DNA of 64,000 nucleotides from a bacterium (GCA_030648055.1 JAUSHI010000004.1:12836-76835); one strand, 5' to 3'. Positions 33,850 through 44,575 are shown, numbered from the stretch's first letter. Translations and numbers: made by a program. The notes: generated by a model from the sequence alone, not told the origin.

Positions 33850-35553
33850 TTATTTCCCCGATTCCTTGCCATCGAGCTTTTCAACTTCAAAAATTTCTGG
33901 CTGTTTTTTCACTGAATATAATTTTTGACGAAAACTCTCTACAAGAGATAAAAACTCATCGCTTCTAAGAAGGCCTAAGACCAAAAAATACCCGGCAAAA
34001 CCGGTAAGACCCGCCGTTACACCCTGTGCCGCGATTCCTAAAAATGTGCGGGTTGAAATTATCGCGGGAAACGGAATTAAAGTAATATAGGCGATTATTC
34101 CGGCAAAAAGAGATGCTATAGTAATTCTAAATATCGGATAAAAATTTCTTAACGGCGTAATGCCGAAAACACGAAAAACAGATTTTCGTAAGATTGAAGA
34201 CAGTAAAATAAAATTAAGGAACGAACCTAATGAAAATGCGGTTGCTATGGCTACGACGCGAGTGTCCCCAACATCAGCTATACGCAATATTGCCGATAAC
34301 GCTTTTAAACTTGATGGTTCTATACGCAGTAATACAGTAATCGCGAGCGCTATGCATATGGAGACAAATGAGGCGATTAGATTTGCCCGCAATGGTTCGC
34401 GTGTTTTTCCGAGAGCGTAAAAAGCTCTTATCAAGAGCGTATTAAGGCCTTCAAAAATTATCATAATTGAAAGAACGGCCAATGTCGCGGCAACAAGGCG
34501 TGTATTATTCCAGTCAAAAAGGCCGGCCCCAAGAATTACGCGGACAATATGCGCCCGTAAAACTATGAAAAGAAAAACAAGCGGCAAGGACCAAAAAACA
34601 ATATTTCTAATTCCAAAAGAAAGCTCGGATATGAATTCTTTGCCTTTGTTTCTCATGACGTTTTCTGAGAGTTTTGGGAAAATAGCAACCGCGTAGGAAA
34701 CACCGAAAAGGCCGATTGGAAAATAAATAAGATTAGCCGCGAATTTGAAAATGGAAACAGAACCGGCGGCGAGATAAGAGGCAATCCCGACAAAAAGTAA
34801 AAGAGTGAGCTGATTAAAAGACAAAGCGGCAACGCGTGGAATAGAAATCTTAAAAATACGGCGCACGCCCTCGTCCCGGGTATTAAAAATAAATTTTGGG
34901 CGGAAGCCGAGTGTAAAAAACATCGGTAGCTGTACAAATATTTGCGCGAGAGCTCCAAGAATTACACCCGCCGCAAGGCCTTCCGGCCCCATTATGGGCA
35001 CCAAAACAATGATACCGAAAATAATCGCGATGTTATAAAATATTGCGGGCAAAGAATATATTAAAAAATGATGATACGACTGAAGAGTTGATGAGATTAT
35101 TCCGGCAATCCCAAAAAAAAGCGGGCTTATCATCATAATTCGCGTAAGCGTTATTGTCAGACGCATTTTTTCTGAAGAAAATCCGGGAACGATTATCGGC
35201 ACTAAAAGGGGCGCTAAAAATATTAAAATGACGACAATAACCGAAGCTACAACGCTGAATATACTTAATAGCGTCTGTACCATGCGTATCGCGTCTTTGC
35301 CGTGTTCGCGGTATTCAATAAAAACCGGCAAAATAGCCGCCGAAGCCGCACCTATAAGAAATATTGTAAAAAGCGTGTCTGGGATTTGGAAAGCGGCATA
35401 GTAGGCATCTAGAGTATTTCCAGCTCCAAAATGCGATGCTAATAAACGATCGCGCAGAAGCCCCAAAAGACGGCTCAAAAAACCAGCGGCTCCAATTATG
35501 AGAGCCGCGGCGTGTAACGAAGTAATTTGTCGATTGAATATTCCCAAACCCAT
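33850..35553 (-). CDS. murJ: lipid II flippase MurJ/MviN
   Basis: N-terminal SRLLGLLRDRLLASHFGAGNTLDAYYAAFQIPD. About 14 TM helices. Confidence 0.9.
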   Translation of the reverse strand: MGLGIFNRQITSLHAAALIIGAAGFLSRLLGLLRDRLLASHFGAGNTLDAYYAAFQIPDTLFTIFLIGAASAAILPVFIEYREHGKDAIRMVQTLLSIFSVVASVIVVILIFLAPLLVPIIVPGFSSEKMRLTITLTRIMMISPLFFGIAGIISSTLQSYHHFLIYSLPAIFYNIAIIFGIIVLVPIMGPEGLAAGVILGALAQIFVQLPMFFTLGFRPKFIFNTRDEGVRRIFKISIPRVAALSFNQLTLLLFVGIASYLAAGSVSIFKFAANLIYFPIGLFGVSYAVAIFPKLSENVMRNKGKEFISELSFGIRNIVFWSLPLVFLFIVLRAHIVRVILGAGLFDWNNTRLVAATLAVLSIMIIFEGLNTLLIRAFYALGKTREPLRANLIASFVSICIALAITVLLRIEPSSLKALSAILRIADVGDTRVVAIATAFSLGSFLNFILLSSILRKSVFRVFGITPLRNFYPIFRITIASLFAGIIAYITLIPFPAIISTRTFLGIAAQGVTAGLTGFAGYFLVLGLLRSDEFLSLVESFRQKLYSVKKQPEIFEVEKLDGKESGK

Positions 35554-35571
35554 TCTAAAATACTAGCGATA

Positions 35572-38028
35572 TTATTTTTTCTTACTTTTGGGCGGTACCG
35601 ATTCTTGTATCGGAGGTGTTTTTCGTTTTTCTGGAGGTGGAGTAATGGTTGTAAGTGCGGGTTTACCGGCTACAAGATTGAAAATAATTTTATGTATCTC
35701 GGTGTTGTCGGGATTCAATTCGGCAATACGACGGAATTGCTTAAGCGCCTCGCCGGATCTTTTGGTTTTGTCATAAATCAGCCCCAGGAAGTAGCGTGCG
35801 TTGGAATAATTCGGATTAATTTCTATTGCGCGGGAAAATTGCTGTTCGGCATTTACAATATCACCTTTTTGATAGAACAGAAAGCCCAAGAAAAACGCTA
35901 TGCCGACATCCTGGGGTGCCCCTAATGCCGCATGAGCACCTCTTCGGACTGCTTCATCACTATTCCCATCTTTAGTATAAGCTTGCGCCAGGAGAAACTC
36001 CGCTGCGACATAATCCGATTTTAATTTTACAGCTTCTTCTAATGCTTGTCTGGCTTTTTCCAGAAAATTTTTCTTATCTTTATCCGCTTGTACGGCCAAA
36101 CTCGGATCCTTGCTTGCTTTAAAATCAGAGATATCGGCAAGTTCAATATAAGTTCTGCCAATAAGCGTGAGCGGAACCGGACTTATTGGATCATATTGGC
36201 GAGCCTGCTCATATGAGGAAAGCGCAAAGCTACCAGCGCCTTCGCCAAAAGGTATGGCTGTCTCATAAACAGTACCGAGATTCAGCCAATTTCCAGATTC
36301 GTATGGATTAATGTTGGTAGCCTGGCGGGCTGATTGGAGCGTCAGATTTAGATAGGACTGGAATGCATCTTCGGCTTTGGAATCTCCGACAAGAATGCGA
36401 TTTAGCGCTTGCTGGGCTTGAGCAAAATAAATTTGGGATTGATTAATGAGGTAACGATCGTTTTTGGGATTAAGCGCGAGCGCGGAGGCGTAGCGCGCTA
36501 AGGCGGTGTCAACGTTGCCATTTTGAGCAATTTCAAAATTTCCGCGGGCAAAATAAACTTCCGCAAAATATTTTTTAAACGAATAAAATTCGGCAAGAAC
36601 CAGTAGGATTATAACAATGATGACGAGAAGCGAGGAAATAAACGCCAGGGTCTGGCTTTCAATCGCAATGCCGCCTTTTCTAAAGCCGTAAAAAAGAGAT
36701 GCAGTGTCATTATTTCTAACTGCGAGCGTTAAAGATGCTCCAATAGCGATAAAAAATAAAAGATTAAACACAAATGTGGGCGGGTATATTATCCAAAAGA
36801 TCATACCCAACAAAACAATACTGGACACGCCAAACTCAAAAGGGTCGATCGTCTCAAGCCGCTGTATTATTTTGGCAAGCATGTAGAAAAGAGCGCAAAA
36901 TAAGAAAATAATCGCTAAAATTCCAAGCGAGCCAAGCGTGGAGATACTTGTTGTGACGAATGAAAAACCATGAATAAATTTTAAATTCCAAAAAATGGTT
37001 TCATTTACAATCGGGTCGCGGAAGCGGCTGTAGTCATAGACAAATGTTCCAGGTCCGGTACCCAAAAGCGGTTTCGTTTTCAGGACTTCGCGGCCGATAG
37101 AGAAGGTGGCTTGAATTGAAGGTGAGACCTCAACTTCGGATTTAAGACTCGGCAAAATATTTCTTACCGGTATGGTAAATATTGTCAGCGCAATGCTGAT
37201 GCCGAGTATTATGATAAAAACTATATTAGCCGATATTGCGGCTCCGGAATTTAAATTTTCGCGCAACCGCGAAAACCGGCTTGAATAAAACGCTACAAAA
37301 AACATTGAAAGCGCGGCGATTGCAATCCAGCCAATTTTGAAATCAATAAGCAAGAGATTAATCGCGGATATACTTGCAAGAAAATAGGCCATTATTTTAC
37401 GGCCACGTGATTCGTCCCCGGGAAATAAAATAAATCCTAAACTTAAAAATAAGAAAACAATAATTACTGCCGCGCTGTTGTTTAAGGCGCCTACCGGATT
37501 TACTTGTAAAATTCGAGGCATAGACAAAAACGGGGTAATAGAAAAAAAGGTGAAGAGTGCTAGCGCGCCTCCGGAGGCAAGAAGAACTCCGCAAAGACGC
37601 TCCAAGTGTTTACGGGAAAATTCTGTCGCAATGAGGAACGCAAGTAATACGCAAATAGCCAAGCTCGCAAAACGCTCGCCGGTTGGATCAGGTGCGAATA
37701 AACTTTGCCCCGGAGAAATTGAAAGCAAGGACGCAATAAAATAAATAGCTAAAAATATGCTAAGCGCCACGCCAACAATGCTGTAATGATAATTAGCCCT
37801 TTTTGTTATGAATACCTGGATCAGCCACGCAAAAAGAGCTACGGCTGTTAAAGTGGCTATTAATATTTGTTTTCCAAAAAGAGGATCCGCGGTAATAGTT
37901 AAATAAAAAAGCGGCGCGAGAAACGCTATTAAATATATGCTATATATCTGTATATTTTTTAAAATCTTAGAAACTTTTTTGGCGATAGCGTAGTTCTGTT
38001 CTTGACCGGCAATGATTTCCTGCTCCAT
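35572..38028 (-). CDS. O-antigen ligase/polymerase-like polytopic membrane protein with C-terminal TPR repeats
   Basis: Many TM helices in the N-terminal 500 aa. Several TPR units follow (ALNPKNDRY..., AIEINPNYSNARYFLGLIY...). Confidence 0.8.
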   Translation of the reverse strand: MEQEIIAGQEQNYAIAKKVSKILKNIQIYSIYLIAFLAPLFYLTITADPLFGKQILIATLTAVALFAWLIQVFITKRANYHYSIVGVALSIFLAIYFIASLLSISPGQSLFAPDPTGERFASLAICVLLAFLIATEFSRKHLERLCGVLLASGGALALFTFFSITPFLSMPRILQVNPVGALNNSAAVIIVFLFLSLGFILFPGDESRGRKIMAYFLASISAINLLLIDFKIGWIAIAALSMFFVAFYSSRFSRLRENLNSGAAISANIVFIIILGISIALTIFTIPVRNILPSLKSEVEVSPSIQATFSIGREVLKTKPLLGTGPGTFVYDYSRFRDPIVNETIFWNLKFIHGFSFVTTSISTLGSLGILAIIFLFCALFYMLAKIIQRLETIDPFEFGVSSIVLLGMIFWIIYPPTFVFNLLFFIAIGASLTLAVRNNDTASLFYGFRKGGIAIESQTLAFISSLLVIIVIILLVLAEFYSFKKYFAEVYFARGNFEIAQNGNVDTALARYASALALNPKNDRYLINQSQIYFAQAQQALNRILVGDSKAEDAFQSYLNLTLQSARQATNINPYESGNWLNLGTVYETAIPFGEGAGSFALSSYEQARQYDPISPVPLTLIGRTYIELADISDFKASKDPSLAVQADKDKKNFLEKARQALEEAVKLKSDYVAAEFLLAQAYTKDGNSDEAVRRGAHAALGAPQDVGIAFFLGFLFYQKGDIVNAEQQFSRAIEINPNYSNARYFLGLIYDKTKRSGEALKQFRRIAELNPDNTEIHKIIFNLVAGKPALTTITPPPEKRKTPPIQESVPPKSKKK

Positions 38029-38249
38029 ACCCGATAGTAAAACCTTGAATTTGATAAAATCAAGGCAATTTTTTATTGAATAATCTAAATTTTATTCACT
38101 CCTGCTCGGCTCAACACTCTATAACAAGCCACTTGCAACAACCCATTCAAGGTTTCATTACCTAGCATAAATGCTGTTGCCTATAACCTTATATATAGTA
38201 CATGTCTATTGAAGCATGTGTCGAGTGTGAGTTTTCCACAATTTGCACA

Positions 38250-38277
38250 ACACAAAACCACCCGTAAGAGTGGTTTT
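38250..38277 (-). terminator. rho-independent terminator ending the 16S transcription unit
   Basis: On the minus strand: AAAACCAC-TCTTACGG-GTGGTTTT followed by GTGTT. Confidence 0.65.
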
Positions 38278-38286
38278 AATACATCC

Positions 38287-38300
38287 TTCCAGTTGTTCCG
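38287..38300 (-). promoter_or_regulatory. 3' strand of the putative pre-16S processing stem
   Basis: 14 nt perfectly complementary to 40082..40095 on the other side of the 16S gene. Confidence 0.6.
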
Positions 38301-38424
38301 GTCTCCAGCAAGGTCTCCCCCGCTAGTTATCTCGTTTAAAGTGTTACAGCTAAATCCAAAATAAATTTTGGATCGCTGGCCGACCGGTTAAGGTCTAGGC
38401 CGAGATCAAGCACTTATATTGAGA

Positions 38425-38486
38425 ATAGGAGGAAGAAAGAGCAAACTTGATAATTTGCCTAAACCCTCATTCCTTCTTCCTCCTAT
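38425..38486 (-). other. trailer hairpin pairing AUAGGAGGAAGAA with UUCUUCCUCCUAU
   Basis: 13-bp perfect stem, 38425..38437 with 38474..38486. Confidence 0.7.
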
Positions 38487-38537
38487 CCTCTGCGACCTTA
38501 GGGTGCCTCGATTCAAGCGCTTGAGGCGCTGTAAACC

Positions 38538-40040
<1,503 letters not shown>

Positions 40041-40081
40041 GATTACACAAGAGATCTTCAGGGCCTCTTGTGTATTAAGAT

Positions 40082-40095
40082 CGGAACAACTGGAA
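40082..40095 (-). promoter_or_regulatory. 5' strand of the putative pre-16S processing stem
   Basis: Complementary to 38287..38300. Leader hairpin TACACAAGAG...CTCTTGTGTA at 40044..40074 lies between it and the 16S 5' end. Confidence 0.6.
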
Positions 40096-40134
40096 AGATT
40101 CAATTTTATTTTTTACCCAGCCCTTTTTAGGTTC

Positions 40135-40163
40135 TTGACTCATTATTATGTTGGTAGTATAAT
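40135..40163 (+). promoter_or_regulatory. consensus sigma70 promoter TTGACT-17 nt-TATAAT
   Basis: -35 at 40135..40140 and -10 at 40158..40163, 30 nt upstream of ATG 40193. Confidence 0.7.
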
Positions 40164-40174
40164 AATTACAGCAA
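40145..40174 (-). promoter_or_regulatory. candidate 16S promoter (TTGCTG-18 nt-CATAAT), face to face with the plus-strand promoter
   Basis: Read on the minus strand. It would start the leader about 40 nt before the processing-stem strand. Confidence 0.3.
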
Positions 40175-40192
40175 AATAAGGAGGTAATTGAA

Positions 40193-40366
40193 ATGGAAAT
40201 CATTAGACATGGAAGCTCTTTTCGGACCGTTGGTTGGCTTGGCCAACATACATGCAGAGACTGCGGTTGTATATTCAATCTGACAATCGACGATACCGTT
40301 GAATATGCTGGTGGCGATACATTTTTTAAATGTCCTGAATGCGGAAAGAGCGTTTGTATCGAATGA
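40193..40366 (+). CDS. 57-aa zinc-ribbon protein (below track cutoff)
   Basis: Manual ORF MEIIRHGSSFRTVGWLGQHTCRDCGCIFNLTIDDTVEYAGGDTFFKCPECGKSVCIE has CxxC...CxxC. SD AAGGAGGT at 40178..40185. Confidence 0.55.
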   Translation: MEIIRHGSSFRTVGWLGQHTCRDCGCIFNLTIDDTVEYAGGDTFFKCPECGKSVCIE

Positions 40367-40385
40367 TTAAAGTGCTTAAGTTGTG

Positions 40386-40410
40386 GGCGTCAATCGACGC
40401 CTTTTGTTTT
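40386..40410 (+). terminator. rho-independent terminator of the zinc-ribbon ORF
   Basis: GGCGTC-AATC-GACGCC followed by TTTTGTTTT. Confidence 0.75.
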
Positions 40411-40711
40411 AAACCCAAAAGGGGCTGGATAAAATTAATTGAATATTACAGTTGTTTTATTTCCCATATATTTAAAAAATATGGGAAATTATGTTCGATT
40501 TTTTAATGTTCTGTCAGTTCTGAAAATGCAGTAAAAAATACAACCGCGCAAAACTCCTTAAAGAATCTCGCGCAGTTGCACTTCGCCGTATTCTGTTTTA
40601 AGGGCGACACTATGGGTAAATCGTGGCCGCCGAACTCACTTTAATTCATGATAGTCCCATTATAGTCGTGCCCAAAACAAAGTCAAGGCCAAAAAAGAAC
40701 GCGATTATTTA

Positions 40712-41965
40712 TTAATAAACACCCCTGTTTTCAATGATTTTTTTATATTCCAATGCACTCGGCCTGATCTTTCGCTCTAAAGTTTTGAAATTCACCTCCA
40801 CCAACCCAAATCTTGGCCAAAATCCCTTATCCCATTCAAAGTTATCCAAAAGTGACCAATAAAAATACCCGCGAACATCAGCACCCTCTTGAATAGCGCG
40901 ACTGATATTTTTAAATGCCTCGCGGATGAACCAGGCGCGGTCATTATCTCGAGCATCCGCAAGGCCATTTTCAGTAATATAAATCGGTCTTTTGAGTTTC
41001 TCCCATTCTTTCAAAATGTAATAAAGCGATTCAGGGTACAATTCCCATCCCATGTCTGAAACTTTTTCGTTATTATTTTTTAACCGCCATGGAAACGCAA
41101 TCCGATTATGAAAGTAATTTTGTATGGCAATATAATCGTGAGCATCTTTACCCGTCAACCAAAAAAAGTACTGATTTGTAAAAAATTTTGAAACAAAAAC
41201 CGAGATCCAATCTAAAGGATTCCAAACATTATACGCCTCAAAAAAATGAAGAACATTTCCAAAACCAACCTGCGCGTTTGCTTGAACTTCATGTATTGCA
41301 CGATATGCTCGCCGATGTGCACAAGCAAGACGACGAAACACTCGCAACGCGGCAATTATATTTCTTTTCTGTGGCGGCCATTTACCCGCGGTGTATGCCG
41401 CGGCAATTACTGACGTGGGCTCGTTCAGTGTCATCCAAAAAATAACATCCGACCCAAGCCGCAAAACAACATATCTAACATACCGTTCAAAGTGAACAAT
41501 AAATTTTTTAGACTCAACACCTCCAAAATCGCGTACCCAAAGTGGCAGAGTCCAATGCCAGAGTGTTACAAAAGGCTCAATCCCTCGCTCTTTTAAAGCA
41601 CGAATTACTTGCCGATAGTGCTCTATTTCTTTTTCATCAAATTTTCCTTCCTCCGGCTCAATTCGCGACCATTCAATTGAAAAACGATAGGCGTTGTGTC
41701 CTAGAGATTTCGCCATATCAAAATCCTCTTTGAAACGATTGTAATGATCGCACGCCTTCCCGGAAATATAATTTTCCGCCCGCAAAGGGTTTGGGTAAGC
41801 GTTATTGATATATTCCGGCCATGTTTTTTTTGCGGCCTCAATGGCAAGCCGTTTTGCGTTCCGAAACTCCCATTCGGTCCAATCGTTTTTCGTATTTCCT
41901 TCAACTTGGTGAGCACTAGTAGCACTTCCCCAAAGAAAATCTTTCGGAAATTTAAATTCAAGCAT
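40712..41965 (-). CDS. GH1 beta-glucosidase
   Basis: FLWGSATSAHQVEGN, acid/base motif TLNEP, nucleophile motif ITENG. Confidence 0.92.
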   Translation of the reverse strand: MLEFKFPKDFLWGSATSAHQVEGNTKNDWTEWEFRNAKRLAIEAAKKTWPEYINNAYPNPLRAENYISGKACDHYNRFKEDFDMAKSLGHNAYRFSIEWSRIEPEEGKFDEKEIEHYRQVIRALKERGIEPFVTLWHWTLPLWVRDFGGVESKKFIVHFERYVRYVVLRLGSDVIFWMTLNEPTSVIAAAYTAGKWPPQKRNIIAALRVFRRLACAHRRAYRAIHEVQANAQVGFGNVLHFFEAYNVWNPLDWISVFVSKFFTNQYFFWLTGKDAHDYIAIQNYFHNRIAFPWRLKNNNEKVSDMGWELYPESLYYILKEWEKLKRPIYITENGLADARDNDRAWFIREAFKNISRAIQEGADVRGYFYWSLLDNFEWDKGFWPRFGLVEVNFKTLERKIRPSALEYKKIIENRGVY

Positions 41966-42130
41966 AGCGCCATTTTACCACGTTTCCAAGTAACGGAATG
42001 GGGTTCTCTCCCACTATTCAGCAAATATCAATAAGCATCATGCTTTTACATGCAGTTACAATTTTTTTAGCAAAGATTACTTTTATAACACTTAATTGCT
42101 ATAGCAGTTAAATGCTAAACGCATAGTGTC

Positions 42131-42161
42131 AAAATAAAAAAGCCGCTAAAGTTTAAGCGGC
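42131..42161 (-). terminator. rho-independent terminator of the MlaC-like gene
   Basis: On the minus strand: GCCGCT-TAAACTTT-AGCGGC followed by TTTTTTATTTT. Confidence 0.7.
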
Positions 42162-42164
42162 GGA

Positions 42165-42758
42165 TTATTGCGTTTTTTCGCGCATTTTCTGCAGAAGCTC
42201 GTTAAAGGTATTACGCGATAAAATTTTATTAAACTGAGCCCGGTAATTTGCCGCCAAACTAATTCCTTCTATTTCAATGTCGTAAATCTTCCACGCGTTG
42301 TTTATCAAAAACAGGTGATATTCAATTTCAAACTCCACACCTTTTGCCGTAACAATTTTTGAGCGAACTATGGCGAAATTGCCTTCTACACGTTCGCCGA
42401 TATAAGAAAAGTTGGCATCACGGATAAGTTTTATCTGATTAAAATATACCCGCTCCAGCAATTCCGTGAATACATCAACAAACGCCTTTTGCTCGACTAA
42501 ATCAATTTTTGACCAATGCCTGGCAAGCACACGCTTGGACATCTCCGGAAAATCAAACTGACCAAAAGCGATTTTCTTTACCTGATTCTTTTTTATCTCG
42601 TCTGAAAGTACAGGATCGTTGAATACTTTTTGTGTTCTTTCAATCGTCATTTTCAGCGTTTCGGTGGGAGTAGCGGCTATCGCGTAAGAATTCAAGGCCA
42701 CCAGAGCCGCAAAAAAGATTACAACAAAACTCGCTGTGAACAAGCTCTTTTTAAACAT
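42165..42758 (-). CDS. MlaC/Ttg2D-family lipid-binding periplasmic-type protein
   Basis: Signal peptide, then FDFPEMSKRVLARHW...QKAFVDVFTELLERVY...WKIYDIEIEGISLAANYRAQF family pattern. SD AAGGGGG. Confidence 0.75.
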   Translation of the reverse strand: MFKKSLFTASFVVIFFAALVALNSYAIAATPTETLKMTIERTQKVFNDPVLSDEIKKNQVKKIAFGQFDFPEMSKRVLARHWSKIDLVEQKAFVDVFTELLERVYFNQIKLIRDANFSYIGERVEGNFAIVRSKIVTAKGVEFEIEYHLFLINNAWKIYDIEIEGISLAANYRAQFNKILSRNTFNELLQKMREKTQ

Positions 42759-42824
42759 TTCGCCCCCTTTTTAAGGATCTGGATTATGTATGGAATACTA
42801 ACTAAACCAACGAGAATTGTAAAA

Positions 42825-43493
42825 TCATAACTTTTTATGGCGCATTCTCCACTCCTCTATTTTCATATGATTCCCTGAGAGCAGAATTTTGGGTACAGCA
42901 TATTTTTTACCGTGTTCTACAAAGATTTCGGGCCTGGTATAAGCCGGAATTCCCACACCGAAACGCTTTTCTTCAAGCGATTCGCTTTTACCGAGAACCC
43001 CGGGAATATGCCGGGAGACCGCATCAATAACAATCATTGCCGGCAGTTCACCTCCGGTTAAAACATAAGGTCCGATAGAAACTTCTTCGGTCTTAAATCC
43101 AAAACCACGCAAAACCTGCTTTAGGCGTCCGTCAACTCCTTCATAGTGTCCAGCGATTAAAATTATATGCTCATATTTTTCCGCTAAGCATATGGCCATC
43201 TTAGCATTAAACTCTTTACCCCCCGCCTCAAAAAGAATTACTTTAACGCGCTTATTGCCGCGTTTCAGTTTTAAGCTTGTAAATACTTTGATGATCGGTC
43301 CAAGTTTAAATACCATACCGGGCCCACCTCCATAAGGTGGGGCGTCAATGGATTTGTGCTTATCCAAAGCGAAATCACGGAGATTGTGTACGCGAATATC
43401 TATTAAGCGCTTTTCCCGCGCGCGTTTTAGAATAGACGCGCTCAAATAAGACGTAAAGGCTTCCGGGAAAATTGTTATGATATCAAAACGCAT
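42825..43493 (-). CDS. trmD: tRNA (guanine37-N1)-methyltransferase
   Basis: MRFDIITIFPE...PYGGGPGMV...LTGGELPAMIVIDAV. ATG at 43493; the track starts at TTG 43502. Confidence 0.93.
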   Translation of the reverse strand: MRFDIITIFPEAFTSYLSASILKRAREKRLIDIRVHNLRDFALDKHKSIDAPPYGGGPGMVFKLGPIIKVFTSLKLKRGNKRVKVILFEAGGKEFNAKMAICLAEKYEHIILIAGHYEGVDGRLKQVLRGFGFKTEEVSIGPYVLTGGELPAMIVIDAVSRHIPGVLGKSESLEEKRFGVGIPAYTRPEIFVEHGKKYAVPKILLSGNHMKIEEWRMRHKKL

Positions 43494-43559
43494 AATTGAC
43501 AAAAACTAACAGATGGTTTAATAATAATGGTAGCATTCTTGAAAAGGAGGAGCAAATAA

Positions 43560-43886
43560 ATGCCGGGGCAGCCAAAGCAAACCTTTGGTGTAGTAACAAA
43601 AATTCAATACGATTCGCATTCTATGGGATTTGATGTCACCCTCGATGAAGACCGCACCTTTCACTTTCCCTGCATCTTTATAGAAAGAAATGAGTTTAAG
43701 GTTGGCCGAAGAATATTCATGGATTTCACCGCGTGGCCACAAAAAGAGACTGGCATCATGTCTATCCATGTCTTCAAAAGCGATGAAGAGATGAAAAAAG
43801 AATGTGATGGAACCGTTGATGGCAAGGATATTTGCTACGTCAAAACTTATTCGCTCCTCAAAGAATTCATCCCGTGGGCCGCATAA
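43560..43886 (+). CDS. hypothetical protein (108 aa) on the opposite strand, inside the rpsP-trmD cluster
   Basis: Strong SD AAGGAGGAG, own promoter-like TTGACA-17 nt-TAATAA (43496..43524), own terminator. Confidence 0.6.
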   Translation: MPGQPKQTFGVVTKIQYDSHSMGFDVTLDEDRTFHFPCIFIERNEFKVGRRIFMDFTAWPQKETGIMSIHVFKSDEEMKKECDGTVDGKDICYVKTYSLLKEFIPWAA

Positions 43887-43898
43887 TGCGGCCTTTTT
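43877..43898 (+). terminator. rho-independent terminator
   Basis: GGCCGCA-TAA-TGCGGCC followed by TTTTT. Confidence 0.75.
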
Positions 43899-43905
43899 AA
43901 ATTAC

Positions 43906-43948
43906 AAAAGCCGTCCCGAATGTATTCTAAGGACGGCTTTTGTTTTTT
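43906..43948. terminator. bidirectional hairpin serving the KH-domain gene
   Basis: AAAAGCCGTCC...GGACGGCTTTT, an 11-bp stem with flanking A/T runs. Confidence 0.7.
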
Positions 43949-43960
43949 TGCGAATTTTAT

Positions 43961-44293
43961 TTACAAACTCAAATCTCCTATGACATCATCCACACTGCTC
44001 GGGGATGATTCTTGCGGAGCCCTTCGCATACCTCCTTCCGGCTCCTCAATCTTGAGATTCACTCGCGCGTTGTTCTTGATACCGACAATCCTCAAAAGTG
44101 AACGAATCGCTTTCGCAGTATTACCGCTTCTCCCGATAATCTTACCCATGTCTTCCGGCGCTACTTTGAGAGTAAGAAGTACCCCCATTTCATCAACTTT
44201 CCGGTCAACTTCCACTTTGTCGGGAACATCAACCAACGACTTTACGAGATATTCAAGAAATTCCTGGTCTAAATTTACTGTAGCTTTTGCCAT
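43961..44293 (-). CDS. KH-domain RNA-binding protein (YlqC-like) with a C-terminal extension
   Basis: LVKSLVDVPDKVEV...VLLTLKVAPEDMGKIIGRSGNTAKAIRSLL matches the KH GxxG motif. Position after rpsP. Confidence 0.8.
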   Translation of the reverse strand: MAKATVNLDQEFLEYLVKSLVDVPDKVEVDRKVDEMGVLLTLKVAPEDMGKIIGRSGNTAKAIRSLLRIVGIKNNARVNLKIEEPEGGMRRAPQESSPSSVDDVIGDLSL

Positions 44294-44396
44294 TTCAGAA
44301 TTTCGGACTGTTGCGAGTTTTCAAGATTAATTAACCCTTAACTAAACAGGCGAGCTACTCCGTGCATTCGCACGAACGCTCTAGAAGCCCGTCGGA

Positions 44397-44459
44397 CTTT
44401 AGCCCTAATCCGCCCCAAAGGCAGACGGGCGACGCTAAGCTTTGCTTAGCGTTTAGCCC
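44397..44459. repeat. 63-nt structured repeat, copy 2, in the rpsP-KH spacer
   Basis: Aligns with 465..526, including the exact blocks GACGCTAAGC and TTGCTTAGCGTTTAGCCC. Confidence 0.7.
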
Positions 44460-44507
44460 TGAAAACCGTAAACATCCGTACTTTCTTAATATCTATGCTT
44501 ATAATCA

Positions 44508-44575
44508 GCTCCGACGCATTCTCCGACGATACGTCGGAGTTCCGGTCGGAGCTCCGACCCTTTCGGCGTCGGAGC
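44508..44575. other. three-way junction built from CTCCGAC/GTCGGAG repeats
   Basis: Outer stem GCTCCGACGC/GCGTCGGAGC encloses CTCCGACG-ATA-CGTCGGAG and GGTCGGAG|CTCCGACC. Confidence 0.55.

Larger units (their letters stand above)
40115..40430 (+). mobile_element. possible inverted-repeat-bounded mini-cassette (promoter, SD, 57-aa zinc-ribbon ORF, terminator)
   Basis: ACCCAGCCCTTTTT (40115..40128) faces AAAAGGGGCTGGAT (40417..40430). The left core ACCCAGCCCT equals the terminal-repeat core of elements A and B. Confidence 0.35.

Noticed and set aside
44385-44405. AAAGUCC motif (GGGCUAAAGUCCGACGGGC on the minus strand), reminiscent of the RNase P RNA P4 strand.
   Set aside because: Only about 100 nt remain before the KH gene start. 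No ACAGAA...CCCGGCUUA-type 3' P4 strand or other RNase P landmarks were seen.
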